In this document: one piece after another, positions 38,693 through 54,100 of the stretch
Layout: every line of letters starts with the position of its first letter
Position numbering within the stretch: position 1 is the stretch's first letter
NCBI GenBank assembly: GCA_965285935.1
Contig: OZ260664.1
Location: 65,038,001 to 65,102,000, forward strand
Length of the DNA: 64,000 nt
Origin: Ophelia neglecta
Lineage: Eukaryota
Reading direction: 5' to 3'
Notes under the pieces: model-generated
Told to the model about the DNA's origin: nothing
Seen by the model: only the letters and a program-made list of their open reading frames with translations
Databases searched by the model: none
Made by a program: the position numbers and the translations under genes

Positions 38693-41594
38693 GATGGTGG
38701 GGGAGAGAATGAGAAGTATATATACAATGTGCATGATCTCTTTGGGTGTCAACGGGGAAACAAACGACACTGAATACATTTACAGATATAATTCTGCTAT
38801 ATTGTACATCACTCAGACAAGTACACAACACTGCCTGCCCGTTCCCAAGGCTATCACATGCTGGGCTCATTCAATGGTCTATTAAATATGTAAGGGGCAG
38901 CCTCACTCAACTGTGACCACACAGTGCACTGCCCCTCATTACTCACACAAATTACTGAGACCACACAAACTTGGAAATGTATTGTCTGCAAATAAGGAGT
39001 TCTATCTATACACAGATTAAACAAACAATAAATCACTTCATTGGCCTTGGCTTGCATTATTTCAGTACATTTCACAAATGACAAGAACAAGAGAGATGAC
39101 AGCATGTACATGTAGCTCATGAATGTCTGAGATCTGATTACACCTGCAGAGGCATCATCAAAATCATGATATCACTGCTGTATCCTCAGTGATGAGATAA
39201 TTAATTGGCAAAATAAACCTTCATTTATTTCTCGTGTCATCTAATTAAGGTTTGATGTCACTCTTCTCTGCTGGGCGCCAATGCACATCTTCCAACAACA
39301 TGAAAATGCTGCCAATTGGAAATCTGTCCTCCGCAGGTGACTTTGGTTTACATTTTAAGCGATCAATTTGGTCTATCCACCCAGCAGGTTTTATCCTATC
39401 TCTGGCAACAAATTGTAGACTGTTGACACTTTCACCCTAGGTAATTTGGACCCAATGTGAGTTAATGTGGCCATGTGCTGTTGGCTTGGACAGAGATGGA
39501 TTTGGACAGTTGTCACAATGAATGAATACTTACCAGACCTCAGTGATTTACTGTTTGTAATGAACTTTCAAAAGGTCACCCAAATGGTACTTCAAATAAT
39601 CTGAAGGTGCCAGGAGTCTTCCTTTTGATAGAGCCCAGCTTGCCCTATTTCATGTAATAACACAAAGAGACAACCATGTATAATCCTAACACCTTGTATA
39701 CTGTACATGTGTCATGGGGTAACCTTCATCTTGTCAACTTAGGCGTTGTACTAGTAACAGATTGGAAACTTATAAGATGAATCACCCTTCAAGAATAGTT
39801 AACAACCGCCAGATTGCAGGTCTCCTCTGCATCCATGTGATTCTTTTTGATATGATTTTACTCCCAAAATAACATTACATTAAGATCAATAATGGACAAC
39901 CTGCTTAGCACACAAAGTTTTATGAAGTGTTTTCAATCTGAGCTGTGTTCACAGTCTGTAAAGAATTAGACCAAGCCTGTCAGAGTAGCTGTGAATCATA
40001 ACAGATAGCTATTGACCACATCAATTTGAGTAAGTGTTATTTTTCCACCTAAGTATTTCCTCTGGTAAATGTATCCAATGACTGAAACTTACAAGTCCCG
40101 AGTAGTGAACTGGGATTGAGGGCACTGGCGGTGGCGGTCAGACAAGAAAAGAGGCATTTAGATATGTATGCCCCACATTGAAGGTGAATTGTCCATGGAC
40201 ACAGGTCCCACAATAAAAAAAAAGCCTAATGGAGGGTAACCTTGAAATGTGAAAAATAATGATAATCAAATCCATCAAAATTTACTTACACACATACCAT
40301 CCTATTTTCAGTCTTGCAAAATTTAAGATTTTGTCTTAAAATTGAAAATTTTAGACATAGTTTAGCCAAGGAAACAATTGTGGGTACCACCAAATGCCCA
40401 GCATATTAAAAAAAAAGAAAGAAAAGCAATTAACAGTGGTAAGATATCATCAATCCCAATTCTGATACAAATGGTTAAATCATGGCGGAAAAAAGCCAAT
40501 GAATTTTACAGGATGGCCTTGAAAATTTGCACCCATGGTCAAGTCTGAGGATTTCATCAGATCTATTATATATGCTTAACTGGCTGGTTTTGTGTATGCC
40601 CTCAATCCATTCTATCGCCTTGCTGGTTGAAAAGAATAGAGAGCAGTAAAATCGAATTATTATTGTGAGGGGCCCAGCATGTAATTTCCTTTTAGCTCCA
40701 AATGCATTTCTATGCACAATGCTGGTAAAAGACTATAACTAGGAGTTTTGTAACTTGACTTTAAAGATATAGGTTTAGTGTTTCTGAGAAATCACCACCA
40801 GATTCATACTTTAGATTCATGTAAGTTCCCATTAATGATGCTGTTAAACTACTTTTGCCATTCACAAAGCCTAAACACATAACGATGATGTGGAAAATTA
40901 TTTCTGTTAAACATAAGGTTGGGGCAATAACAATGTGTACTGATGTACATACCTCTTTCAGCCTTTCAGCTATTCCATATTTGCAGTTCCATTTTTATAC
41001 AATTCATAAGTAATTGTATCATCTACATACATAATATCTAATCCAGAATATATCTGTACCTCCCTTTTTTCTTCAAAACAGGTGGGGGACAACAATCTTA
41101 AGGTGGTCCAATGTGAGAGCTGTTCCTGTTCCTCTCCCACCAGCCCAGTAACTAGACTGATGCGTATCTATCTTCATGCCACCAGCTCAGAATATGCCAC
41201 ATAATGTGAAGAAAATGAGCACTATAGTGCTTGTTCACTGTAGTACCGATAAACAGACTTCCAAGAGGAAGATTGTAGCTAAATTATTTTTCAAATAATC
41301 AGTGTCTTTCTTCTTCTAGGACCTATTACCACTGAAAACACTAGAACATCTTACCCTAACCAATCACATGTCAGGTAATGTTTGTGATAAATAATGCTCA
41401 ATTTCAACATTTTTTTGGCAGCACTCCAGGTAATATATTGCATACTTCAACAACTTGAAAGAAACTGTTGAGATTGATCAATAAAACAGTGGTGTTAGTA
41501 AGGTCGATAAAACAGTGCTGTTAGTAAGGACAATACTGGGGTTGAATGATGTGATTAAAAAAATGCACATCAGTAAACAAGAAAAATAGATACA

Positions 41595-41617
41595 TATATA
41601 TATATATATATATATAT
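41595..41617. repeat. (AT)n microsatellite
   Basis: Read directly from the sequence. Confidence 0.9.
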
Positions 41618-44600
41618 ACACATGAACTGTACCTTATGAAAATTCCTGGATGTGAAGTATAAACATGTACATTCAATTAAACACAAAACACTTTATATTC
41701 CTTTATATAGGTGGATTCCAATGGTCTCATTACTAAATATTGGTTAGGTCTATCCACAGTTCACAGAGAACCTTTCCAAGTAGACGTAGATTGACAGCCT
41801 TTTTTTACGGAGTTTTCCCTGTGTCAGTGTATCAGCCTGACCAGGAGATGTGTATCCACACAGCATCACACTTTCTTACAGTGATAGCCCTACTACAGTA
41901 TGATCAGTAAGTACCGTCTGTGCTGGCCACCTCACCCGTGTACTCTGGAGAGAGCCACTAGCCTTGGGCTCAGATTGATGATAGAAGCCAACACCGAAAA
42001 TACACTCCCTTCATTATGATGTTTACACAAATTGCCTTTGTGGGTTCAACTAGCTAGTTTCTCTACCTAATGAGTATGTCACAACACATTTGGGTGATGG
42101 ACTAAAGCAGGGTCTGCAAAGTGTTCGGATGATATGATCTCCTTAAATTAAAACTTTGATAGTTTTAAAATTCCAATTAGTGCATGAAACATGACAGGTT
42201 TTAAAACTGAATATTTGATATTAAATTTGAAGTCATGTTGATTATTATTTCATTATTTTCATAAAGGATGTTCCAATATGCTGTAGGGCATCTGGTTAGC
42301 AGACTTTACAGCCATTCCAGGGCATGCACACACTGGTCCCCTAGGAGGGTACATGTATGTCAATCAACAGTACAGCCATGTTCAGCCACACAGGAAGGCT
42401 TTGTTTAGTTATCTGACCACCATTATTTTCACCTGGCACATGTTGTAAGTTCAGCAAGAAGGTGTGGTTTTAGACAACTTTTGGTCAGTTAATAATTCAT
42501 TTGATACTAGTGAGTAGTCACTAGTGAAAACCTTCCTATGTCTTTAAAAAAGTACTGAACTAAGACTGGCTTGACATAAGCAATATAAAAAGTTGTGAAT
42601 ACAAATAAGCAAACTTCCCAACATGGCGATGAAGACCATAATGCATTCAATGGAATATTCTTAAAATTTCCCACATTATGCTAACTTGCATTTAGTCATC
42701 CCATCAATTTTTATAGCTCCTGTATGGGAAAAACTCTGAACAACAATGATGGTAAAAGAAAAATGTCTCCAACCTGTCATCATAGTTTATCTTATTCCAA
42801 GTTGTGAAAACTGATCAAAAGGGTTTTTAATTTGTTTCATATATATATACCACTATTTTTTCCTAAAACAATATCCTGCACTTTTATAATATCAAGCAGC
42901 ATTAGTATTCATGTGAAAGTGCCTAGCTTCTATGACCCCAGTCAGGCTGGTACATGAGTAGCATTACACAGTTATTTTATGATGCCATATAACTCCAATT
43001 TATGAATCCCATATTTGATCAGATAGCAAACATAAAATAATTATAGGCCCTTGTCAAGTTGTTCAGGGGTATTCAAGGGGCCTTTGATGTTGTATTTTAT
43101 TGAATGATGGACAGTTCACTATAAAGTCCTTTGGGCAATGGAATTTAAATTGATGGTGGAATAAAACAGGTAAAATTGGTGTTGGATTAATACCCTCCTT
43201 TAATATTGTATTTATAACTAATGGGAGGGTACAACAACAATAAAATAGAGAAGGCTAGCTATGATAGAGGACACATGCCCCCCTCGCCCACCCAACCACA
43301 CACATATATATAAACACAAAACAAACACCACTCAGGCACTTCATCCAGCCCCCTTACACATGACAGCAGACTAGGAGAATTGCAGCTTGGATGGAAACTG
43401 GACCAAAAGTATTGTCAAGTTCACACTGGAAGGATACCATTTAACTTTCTATTATTTGACTGAGTATAATTATGTTTAAAGACACAGTTCAGACTTGATA
43501 AAAATAGTTTGTATTACCTCTCAACCAGATTCAGTAGTGCATTGAACAGAACCATTTAGATAAAAAGACGGGTTAACCCCCTATAAGTTTCTGTTCTCCT
43601 AAACATGATCACTGGGGGCATTCAACCTCAGGGCAACCTGACCACATTACACATGGCAGGGGGGGGGGGGGGTCTGGATTTGAACCAATTATAGTTTATT
43701 TGTCTTTTCACTTAGGGAAATAAGTTGGAATGCTGACAATTGAAGACACAATAACAAACAAAAATGTTTGGACACAGTGCATCTGTAGACCACATGGACA
43801 ATATCCGAGTTTCTTAAAGCTTTTTAGGTTATATCAATCTTATATCAATCTTTACTAGAAAAGTCAAATTTATACTTTTCCATATAATTATGTATAATAA
43901 GAATGTAACAATAGCATCTCAACCAGTTGTTCTTGTTCTCTGTTGGCAAGTTGACCACAATTCAGGTCAATCACAGCCTCATCTCATAGCTCCTGAGACT
44001 GATCACTCCTAGTTATTTACCAATCACTGTCAGTCAATATCTTCAAGTTGAAGCTAAGGACCTGATTTTACAAACCAACTTTTTACTGCTGCTTTACAAC
44101 TGTGCTACACAATATGTAAGTGCCTATACTTTTATGGTTATGTCTTGCTCAATGTCTGTGTCACCAATTTTTGTTTTAATTGGCATTAATAGCAGTAAAT
44201 CATGGATTTTATGAAGTGTCTTATAAATGATAGTAAAATAGGGTAAAGTATTGTAAGCTTTACTTTGGGATAGTATGTATAGTATATTGCCAAGAATGCC
44301 TTGGCAGAAGGAGACCTAAACATTCACATACCTGCTGACAGTCTGGTCAGCTATCTGTCCCATCCCCCCCCCCCTCCCTCCACCCCCATCACCACCACCA
44401 CACCAGGTAGTTTGGTAGAGTCCAACAGCGATTTGCCTATTTAATGGCCCTCCCAATGCCAAAGATAACACTAATGTATGGAAATCATCAGGTGCAGCTC
44501 AAAGGATCTGAGTTCACCACCTTGGCCAGCCAGTCTCCAGGTATTGGTGACTACCACATAATGGGGAAGCCCTGGCAAGCACTGCTGAAGGAAGCTAACG

Positions 44601-46603
44601 CGACTAAGAGTGGAATCACTTCCATATGACTGACACTCAGAACACCAGGTTAGACATGCTCCCATCCCTCCTCATAAATTCTTCATTCTTCATAAATCAC
44701 AAGGCATCCTGACAAATTTATCTAAGTCCTGGAATGAAATGCTTGCGTGCAAGCGTCTGTCTGCTTAGAACATTGCTTATCTGGACAACGAGGAGCGAAC
44801 AGCACACTAGGATCCCAGTAAAACTGGAGTTAATCTGAAACTCTGCACTGGACCATCAAGTTCTTGCAGAAAAGCTCTATGGAAGGACTGGAAAAAGCTT
44901 CTCAAGTCAAGGAATATTTAAATAATAAATCATACAGCACAACACACATGTAGGTGGCAAATATTACTATCTTCTTTTATGACCTTATACCTGACCAAGC
45001 AGCTGTGTCAGGAACATACACTGGTATGTATTATGTGTTTTGAGCCAGTTTGTGATGTTTTTATTATCACAGTCAATCTCTGGCTTGTGAGAGGTAATAT
45101 CGAGGCAGGATCCATCAAGCCTAGATTTAATATCTCTTGTAAATAGATGTAAATATGGATGGTCATCCTTAGGAAAAGTGACACTCTAAAATACCCAACA
45201 TAAAAATATTAAGCTTGCCATTCATTGGTGATGCAGCTTTAGCTATCCAATTTACTACAAAATCTAGCAGCAATCATATACCATCAAATATCATAGAACA
45301 AATAGAACAAAAGATATGAAGACAGCACAATGGTTAGCATCACAGTCTTTTACATATTAAAATCTGACATCTTGAGTCTTGCCAGATAGTTATACAAATA
45401 TGGGTAGGGGTATTATATCAAGAACAGAGAGCTTTGGACTCCCCCACAGGCCGGTACTCACCCTAGGTTTAGACAGACTGGTAGTTGTATCTGTCTTCTC
45501 TATTCCTTAACACCATTACCCACCATAGCCACAAAGATGAGCACATGCCGTAATGTCAGTAAAGCCAAATGACACTATAACATGTTGTAGATATTTAGAA
45601 ATGATGAGCCAATGTGATTGAATCAACTGAATATCAAAAAAGTATTCTTAACAATGTGACATGTGGGTCTGACAATTGATATTGCTAATATAAACAGAAC
45701 AAGTTCATCATGAAAACAGCTTTACTTACTCTTTTTTTCCATAGCACACAAAAAGTTCCCTGCACTGTCCAATATCACACACATATAGAGCAATGTATTC
45801 AATAAAACTGACCTACTTTTTGCAAGCATAAGCTTTATCCACACGAACCAACCAAGCTAACCGAGCTAACGGAGAAAGTATGGAATTTCACCCTGATGGC
45901 AACTGTAAGGTTGAAGTAGTGCACACTCATGGTATTCACATGGTATTTACTTATTCCAAACCGAAGTAGTTAAAAATGGGTGTTACTGTTTAAAGATATA
46001 AAGGCACATGCAGCCAAGTTCTTAAAAAACATCAGCAGCAATTAAACCTAGGAAACTATCCTACACTATGTCTAAAATGAAAGTTCAATGAAAAACTCTT
46101 TATCAGTTGGTTTTGGTTTCTTCTGCGCTGTCACATGTATACTTATTGCCAAGATGATTGTCAAAAAATTGTGTGTGTGCCAATTACACGTAAGTTTGCA
46201 TTTGAGGGCATAATTGGAAGCTATCTTCATGTACATGTGTATGAGCTTTCATAATGTGATGTGACACACAAGAGAACACACAGGACATTGTATTCCAAGG
46301 GTATTTTAAGTGTGTAATAACCATATAATGCCATTGTGTTTCATGCATGCATAACAAATAACAAATAAAGTAGCTACATGATCAAGATGCCATTAAACAA
46401 CTGGTTTCTGCTTCCATCTGGTGAGTAAATGGAAAGTCAACTAGTATAGTGAGAGAAGAACTAGGAGCTATCAAAGATACATGACAACAGAAACAAATAC
46501 AGGCAATTATGCATACAATTAACCTCAAATGATGTCTTAAAGCGGTAAAACATCTCAATCAAAACTTATAAAAAAAAAGTGAAAAAAGTGAAATTGTACT
46601 TAC

Positions 46604-46750
46604 GACAGATTGTGTTTGTCCTTGGCCAATGCCCTTCTGACTGAGCCCATACTGACCATTGGTCAGTGAAGAGGGGTTGGTGGCCTTGTCTTTCAGGGTC
46701 CCTGCCTCTGACAGGTCTGTCAAGCTAGACAGAGCCTGGCCTATCTCATC
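46604..46750 (-). CDS. Coding exon (DEIGQALSSLTDLSEAGTLKDKATNPSSLTNGQYGLSQKGIGQGQTQSV)
   Basis: Acceptor tttacAG and donor GTC|GTAAGT. 147 nt = 49 codons, phase 0/0, no stops. It continues the helix LKQAQ-DEIGQALSSL. Confidence 0.85.
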
Positions 46751-47695
46751 CTGTAAAGTAAGTACCAGTTAGTTAGATACCAGTGTACACTACTAGTTGG
46801 TCGAGTATTTAATTTAAGTTCTAGTCAGATACCAAGCGTGATTTACATTCTTGGTGCAATAGGAATAGGAATAGGAACATTGAACTTCTGAACATGCATT
46901 GGAATCTGAGGGTGCTTGACCACTTTAATCATTACTAATAGTCAGTAATAGTGGGTGGACTGACATCAAGTGATCTTAACATCACATTATTCAACTTGAG
47001 ACTGGCTCATTGTTAGACAAGTAAACAAAGGCCAATCTTGTCCAGTTCCATTGTCTTGGATTTGGTCCGCGCCCACACATTTCTTTGGCTGCCTGAGACA
47101 CATTTAATATTACCATATATGAAACTGCCTGTTTCTGCATGATAACATCTTAACACAGGATAGAATCCCATTAAAAGGAGAATGACACTAATCTAGTCTG
47201 GAATACTGGAAGGCTGTGAGAAAACCACTCAGCCCTCCCAAGAATAAACGGTTAGGAGAGTCTGTACCTTTAAGAATCAATTCTGTACTCAGAGATGAGA
47301 CACTTGAGATGGTATCAGGGAGTTATCAGAAAATTGAATCTGTCCAGCAGTAGCAACCAGTGTCACCTCTGGACACTCCAGATGACACCCTCAGGCAGAA
47401 CAGTAGCTAAACACTCAGCTTTATAGGTGAATCTAATATCATCCAGTTCCCGGATTCAATTAAAATCACTTCAGTTTACAAAAAGCCATAAATTGGTTCT
47501 CAATTTACGGAAACATCAAATGGGCCAGGGATTCCAAAGGCACACACATTTTGCTAAGCAGTGTTGCAGGCTGATCACAGATACTGTATTTCTTATTGGA
47601 CAAAATGCACACTAGAGAGATTTAAGAATAATGTTTAAACAAATCTGATAGTACTCAAAACGTTTTATGCACTGTTAGTTTTTTCCAGGTAATTT

Positions 47696-47731
47696 TGACT
47701 ATATAGAGATATGACTATATAGAGATATGAC
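47696..47731. repeat. 16-bp direct duplication (tgactatatagagata, two copies)
   Basis: Read directly from the sequence. Confidence 0.85.
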
Positions 47732-50666
47732 CACTGGTTGACATTTGATCGCTGTGTTTAGAATCATGTGTGCTGCTTTTGTCAGGCATGTCATGTCTAA
47801 TAGGTGCAGCTATAAAAACATTATTATAGTGGATAATAGACCAGTTGACATGTGCATTGTGCCCAAACCGGCAGTGTGAAACCTTCAGCTACATGTACAT
47901 GACATCTAGCACATTTCTGAACCATTACTGGCATATAATAGACCAGGTAAGAGACCCCCTGGCGAGTAACGGCAGATCTACACAGTAGATTTGTAAATCC
48001 TAACCCCAGGCCTCTTTACAAGTATGAAAAAAGCACCATGCCAAAAGTCAATATACATCAAATACCAAATTCTGCATGATTGAAGAGACTTAAAGGGAGG
48101 TATACAAACAATAAGTTAGAATAAATCAAATCTGTATGTTTTACAATTATACATAGTTTAACATGTATACTTCAATATTTTGAACATAAGGGGGCCGATT
48201 CCCAAAAAAATATATCATTAATGTTTTAATGAATATATCATTTAGCTAGATAAAATAGTAACTTTTAGATATTATTGGTCATAATATAATCAATTGTGGA
48301 AAAATATGTGTATATATACACAGCAGGTACATGTATCTACATTCAAAGAGTGAAAGTTTATCCAAGACACATCATAAAAAACACTAATGGTATTTGGTAA
48401 ATAAAATGTCAGTAAAAGAATCTTAAGTCATTCATAGAATATGACCAGAAATTTGCTTAGGTTAAATATATACAGAGGCGCATTTGGCTGAGCGTATTTA
48501 CCTAAACACAATCCCTTTTCATTAAATAGCTTGCTTCCACTAAGTAAATCACAGTTAAAATGTTTCCTTCTTTTTCTACATTTCTGTTGGCTTACTTAGT
48601 TTGACCAATATTTATCATGGAGTAATGGTCAAAATTTGAATGATTTTGCAAATGTTTGAACTACAAATGAAATTTGTTCATTGAATCTGTGTAGTCACAA
48701 AATTTTGTAGACTCCTATCCTAAATTGGTTAATGCCAGAGGAAAAACATTCATTATATAGCATTGAGTAAGTTAATTAGTTAAAAATAAACTATAATGTG
48801 GCTATAAGATTAGGTCATCTGATTAATGAACTAATTAAAAACCACCCCGAAGTCAGAAGTTAGGCTCTACATTTAATTAGTGGTTCTTATATAAATAAAT
48901 CTCCCCACTACAAAAATTTTCAAAACAAATTGATTGCAACAAAGGACATTTTACTTTAAGTTTGAAACATCCTTGATGTAGAACTCACAGTGAGTGCCAA
49001 AAACTCAATGAATGCTTCTTAGGGAGAAGATAAAAATCTCTGTTAAAACAGGACCATTTTCTTTAACTTATGGAGCTCTATTAAACAAGAAACATAATTA
49101 TGATCTTTATATTCTTTTATCAGGTTATACCATTGATGGCAAGGTCTTCACTCCAACCAGCATTCACCACGTACCGTAATGTGGTGCATAGTGAATATAC
49201 TTAATCAAATCAACAAAGGAGATGAGACCAAATAGAATAGGAAAGTGGTCATACAGAACCTCTCTAGGCTAAAGTAAACAGGTAAAGATGGTGAAGATTA
49301 TGTGAACCTCTTGATTTCAATGACCATGGCCAATTTCTCCTTACTTATTCTAATATTAAGTATTTGCCCAGCCAATTTAGTTGTTTGTGTCTTGTCTTGC
49401 ACAGGCGAAAGGGAGCATGTAACAATTTTGCCATTTAATTTGTGATATTAAGCTCCTAGCAAAAAGTAGGAAAATAAAAGGACTGAGTCCCTTACAATGA
49501 GAAATGTGTTTCTTTACATCTCTTCAAAGCGCCTGGTTGATTCATATTGTTTCATTGAGCCCCACTCCTTTTCTCAAACTGTATTAAAACATATTACATT
49601 AAGGTACATTTTTGTGTTACACATTACAACATATACTGTGGTCAGTGTAAAGGTAATTAATTGAAACCTTCTGTACCTCCCAAGGTAGCTCAAGTTCTCT
49701 TAATGAAACATTTTTTATCATATTGGTGTGTCTCTTTTAGCAGACTATACTACAAACCACAATATCAAGATCTAATATTTGTAGATCAAGATTTTTATGC
49801 CCAAATCTATTTTCTTAGCACATTGACAACATAGAAAGGTGTAGGTTGGCATGATCTAAATTGGGAGTAATGACCAGTTTTCCACTACCCACTATCCACT
49901 ATCAATAACAACCACTCATTTTACACTCTGATTAGCTGCAAATACCACACATTATCCCATTCATCTCAAATGATAGCAGAAATAACAAAACTATTATATA
50001 TTATTACAGCAAACTGATGTCTTGGCAACGTTACACAGAGATGCTCATACTGGATGGACAGCAGATGAAATGCAGCAGTATTTGACATTCATTACAGTAG
50101 GTCCAGTTGACTCACTCCCAACTTGACCTCTTAAAACAATGTCGGCCACCACTGATTACAAAGAATGAAGGGCAGTTTCAGAGAGAAAATACAAATCTCT
50201 GGTATTCAGGCCACAGCACTACGGGATCAGGAGGCTACCCGGAATGAAGTCTGACAGCATCAATGAAGTGTCAAAATTCATGAAATTTAACCCCTCGGAC
50301 AATGACAGTGGTTGGGAGCAAGAAAGTAGGACTCGCTGATGAAAGGAGTTTGAAGCTGTGTGACCCTGTAAAAGCTTTTACGTTTAGCACCAAATTACGA
50401 GTAGAACTCGACCATTGTTATCAAGGACCAATGGGCTATTAACAGTATCCTATTGAGTGAAGGCTTGGACAATGAAATCCCTTCATTCCATACCTACTTC
50501 CACATGGTACATCATTTTGAAACTGGTCAGACTACTGTAGATGGACTACAGAATAATCCAAAAAATTGACATTTTTGCTGGATGAAATTAAACACACATT
50601 GTCAATAACATTAGGTTTTGTCCTTATTCAGTACCTAACTATAATACCAAAAAAGTAACAACTTAC

Positions 50667-50743
50667 CTGAGCTTGTTTGAGATAGAGCTCGATTTCCCGA
50701 TACTCATCATCAATGCTGAGGCAACTCATTTTGCACTCCTTTC
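50667..50743 (-). CDS. Coding exon (KECKMSCLSIDDEYREIELYLKQAQ); may contain the start codon
   Basis: Acceptor CAG (plus ctg 50744-46) and donor CAG|GTAAGT (plus acttac 50661-66). 77 nt, open frame, phase-0 end matching the next exon, helical protein-like composition. Confidence 0.8.
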
Positions 50744-51094
50744 CTGAACACTCAAATTAAAACATCATGGTAATCCAAATATGTAAATCCACACATTGTC
50801 AAGTACATCCATAAAACATTTTGAAAATCCATTTCCTTTTAGCACAGCCCAGGCAGTAGTGTTACTCCGATCACATCCATAAAATCTGTGTCATTGTTTC
50901 AACTCTGAAAGTAAAAAAATAATCTTTATAATGCAAATCAATAGCAGTACAAAAAAATCAAACTTGTGATATGTAAAAAAAAAAGGTTCATTTTTTGCTT
51001 CAGTTAATAAGGTCACAAGCTCTATGGTATTTGGCTAGAAGTTGGACTGTTGGTTCATTAAAAATTGTAACCTTTTTACTAATGAACCACTTAC

Positions 51095-51146
51095 CATCGC
51101 ATCTACAACTTAATACTCTAACAAAGAAGAAGTTTGTGCGTGACAT
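51095..51146 (-). CDS. Candidate first coding exon of the long isoform (MSRTNFFFVRVLSCRCD, phase 1)
   Basis: aggATG with an open frame to a strong donor ATG|GTAAGT. Its terminal G plus GA of the next exon gives in-frame Gly. It lies about 350 nt upstream of the 50743 acceptor. Confidence 0.4.
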
Positions 51147-54100
51147 CCTGTGTGACTTGTCCAACTACATACACATGTTAAGTGTTGCTGTCCAATAAAT
51201 CAGAAAAGTCTAAACAGGTGTGCCCTCCATATGCATAATAAGCCCGAAGGTAGCATCTATTACCTATTACATATATTTTCTACTGTCACTGAACTTATAT
51301 ATGGATGTAAATCTCACATTATATCACAACTCAGAGAAGGGATGATCATCATTATTATTTTTACTTCAATGCATCTGTGTTTGAGTTCAATATTCAAAAG
51401 AAAACACAGCTGACTCATGAAATAACATGAAAGTCATCAAAACATGCACAGACAAACTTGGGTGAGCTCTTTCCTCAGTCAGATGCCCTATGGTCATAGG
51501 TTTACCCTTACCCACACACTCCCTGACTAATCACACTAACTCACGTCAGGCAAACTGCCTGTATACATTTACATGGAACTTTACAATGTTTGCACAAAAA
51601 ATGGATCTGCAGCCCTACAGACATGAATGCATTTATCTACATTTTGCAGAAGAGCAGAAGACATCTGCTACCTCAACAAATACCCCAGGATAAATACTAG
51701 CCGTTTGCTGTAAATGGTTCAGACGGAAGTCAAGGGCTAGACAACCATGACAGCTGTGGGTGAGATTAGCCAGAGATGTCCGACACAGACAACAACTTTG
51801 TACAAGTCAAGAGAAATATCTCAGCCTGCCAGCATCAGGTTCTTTTCTAATTATGTGGCATATCTCAGACATCAATAACTCATTCCATCCAAAATAGAAA
51901 CTAAAATGATATCAAAAGATGTCACCAAAGTATAGTCAACGGCCCAAAGTACAAAGGACAAATAGACAATAAATTAATGATTGATGGAGTCCCCATGGAA
52001 TACCGAACAGAATAAAATGAGACATCCTCTATTTTCCCCGCCAGATAAAACAATATTATAATGCAGGTAAAATAACTGAATTATGCATGCATTTTTGCAT
52101 GAAAACAGTGCCATCTCTATCACTTTAAAATGAAATAGTTTGCCACTGCAACAGGATGATGGACAAAGTCACTCCGCAGAATGAAAATATAATAAAGATT
52201 ATAATACTCATTACATTACTGCATTGCTTCCCTGAGATTGTGTGCTTTTAAATATATAATAACAAAATGGTATCAACTTCTTTTAGAGCTCATTAATCCA
52301 GTGTAACTATTGACAAAATGATACTACAGACTTCCAATCTTATATCAAAGCTTGTAAGTGAGGTTAATATATGTACCACATGTACATCAATCTCCGGCAG
52401 CAGCCCATGTCAATATGAAATAAAGAATAGCCAGTGTCCATCTAATTATACCTAGATGTTCAATGTGATGAAGGAGTTGTGTAACATTGTGCTCACTTAC
52501 AAACCATCCAATGACCTCTCAAATGAAAGACAGAATTTAGGCAATCATTGTAAAATTATACTGTCATCTTCCAGACAGTCTATTGGACCCTTAGGGGACT
52601 GAACGCTACTTTTAACTTGCAAACCCCAAATTTTGGTTTTATTGGCATGTGTTCATCAGGCAAATTGTAGCTCCCTAAGGATTTATAACAATTCAACTTA
52701 AATTGGATTGAACAATGTAAAGAACTATGTGCAAATGGATAGGTATCATGTAATCTCTAATGACAAAGAAGCACACACTTTTTCGAGCTAATGCTATAAC
52801 AAATAATACAAAATAGACATCTAGACAAGACTATTCGATTGCTTACATTTTTTAATCACATAAGATATCAACAGTTTTTATATCTGACTGCTTTTTTTTT
52901 TATAAAGCAACTATTTTATTTGTGTCCATACCTTTTTGGTCATAAGTAATTGTAAAGCACCTTTGAATGCAACATCTATACATGTGCTTACAGAGCCCTA
53001 TACCAATGCTATTATTATTGTTGTTCAGACTTGAATACAATAGTATGAGTATTTTGGGTGTGCAGGTAGAAAGTCAACCGATGGGTTAGACCCTGTTTTT
53101 TTTGGAGCAGGTTATTTGTTTTATGTTTACATGTTATATCATAGTTGCACCTTTTCCATGAGTTATATTAATCACCAATAACGCCATCATACCTTCATCA
53201 CCATCAGGCTCCAAGTGGCCTTGGCCTCTAAGCACTGTCTGGTCAGCTGGACAGGTTCAGGGAGATTCCATAATAGCAATGTTTTGAAAGCACATTTAAC
53301 TGGCTCAAACCAATAATCCCCTACCTTTAACTGGAAGTTCAGTCTGAGCTAAGGTGCAAGAAAAGCGGTCTTAAAGGATTTTTACCCTTAAATTTTATAA
53401 GAAGCCCACTATAAATGCTGCTTGAAGAAGTCCTGAGAAATTAGCTGCACCTGACACTGCTTAAATGTAAAATGACTATAGGTAATAAAGAAATGGCTGC
53501 TCTTTCAACTTGCCGGTCCCTATTTTTTGGTGAAGCCTATTAATAGCAAGTTGTTGGTGAGCAGTGTACTTTGTTTACCCAGTTCAAAATAGATCACAAG
53601 GACCCTACTTACTGCTGTCAAATGCATAATGCTGTATTAAGGCTTGATATCTGAAATACATTTAGTCCTCATCACAAACATGTGCATGGTCGTGTGTTCA
53701 TCTATTTCAATACCCCAAAGAAACCTCTAAAAAGCTCCAGAGCATTCAAACTGCCACACCATGGGACATGTTTGTATCATGATTATACAGGTATTATCCG
53801 CTGTGACACCTCCAATAGCTATTGATGGTACCAAACCATAGGCTGCCATGGAAAATACAACTGACAACTCAATTTACATAATAATTAAGCACAAATGCAT
53901 GACTTGGTAACAAATCAAACAAAACAAGCAAAAATGAAAAATTACACTTTGGTGTCAAGGGTGCAGAAAAGCAAAAAATGAAGATCTGGTCCCCCATCTG
54001 TGCACATTACAATAATCTCCGAATTCCTGGGACCAGCTGGAAACACAATAAACTCACCACAAAGTCAACCTGGCCACAATTTGGGTTTTTGTATTCCTTC

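Larger units (their letters stand above)
3424..51146 (-). other. 5' portion of a large multi-exon, probably multi-promoter gene; putative DLC1/STARD13/crossveinless-c-like SAM-RhoGAP-START gene with its catalytic exons beyond position 1
   Basis: Phase-compatible exon chain plus several ATG-initiated phase-1 exons converging on one missing acceptor. The leader ends REQA(E) and REQKLA(E) resemble the DLC1-family junction before the SAM domain (human DLC1 ...EKEKA-EIEAKEACDWL, recalled rather than searched). No SAM, GAP or START sequence is in the window. Confidence 0.55.

Noticed and set aside
37309-38885. Overlapping ORFs of up to 518 aa on both strands
   Set aside because: They arise from a stop-poor minisatellite. 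The 80-bp units shift the frame and there is no splice or Kozak support.
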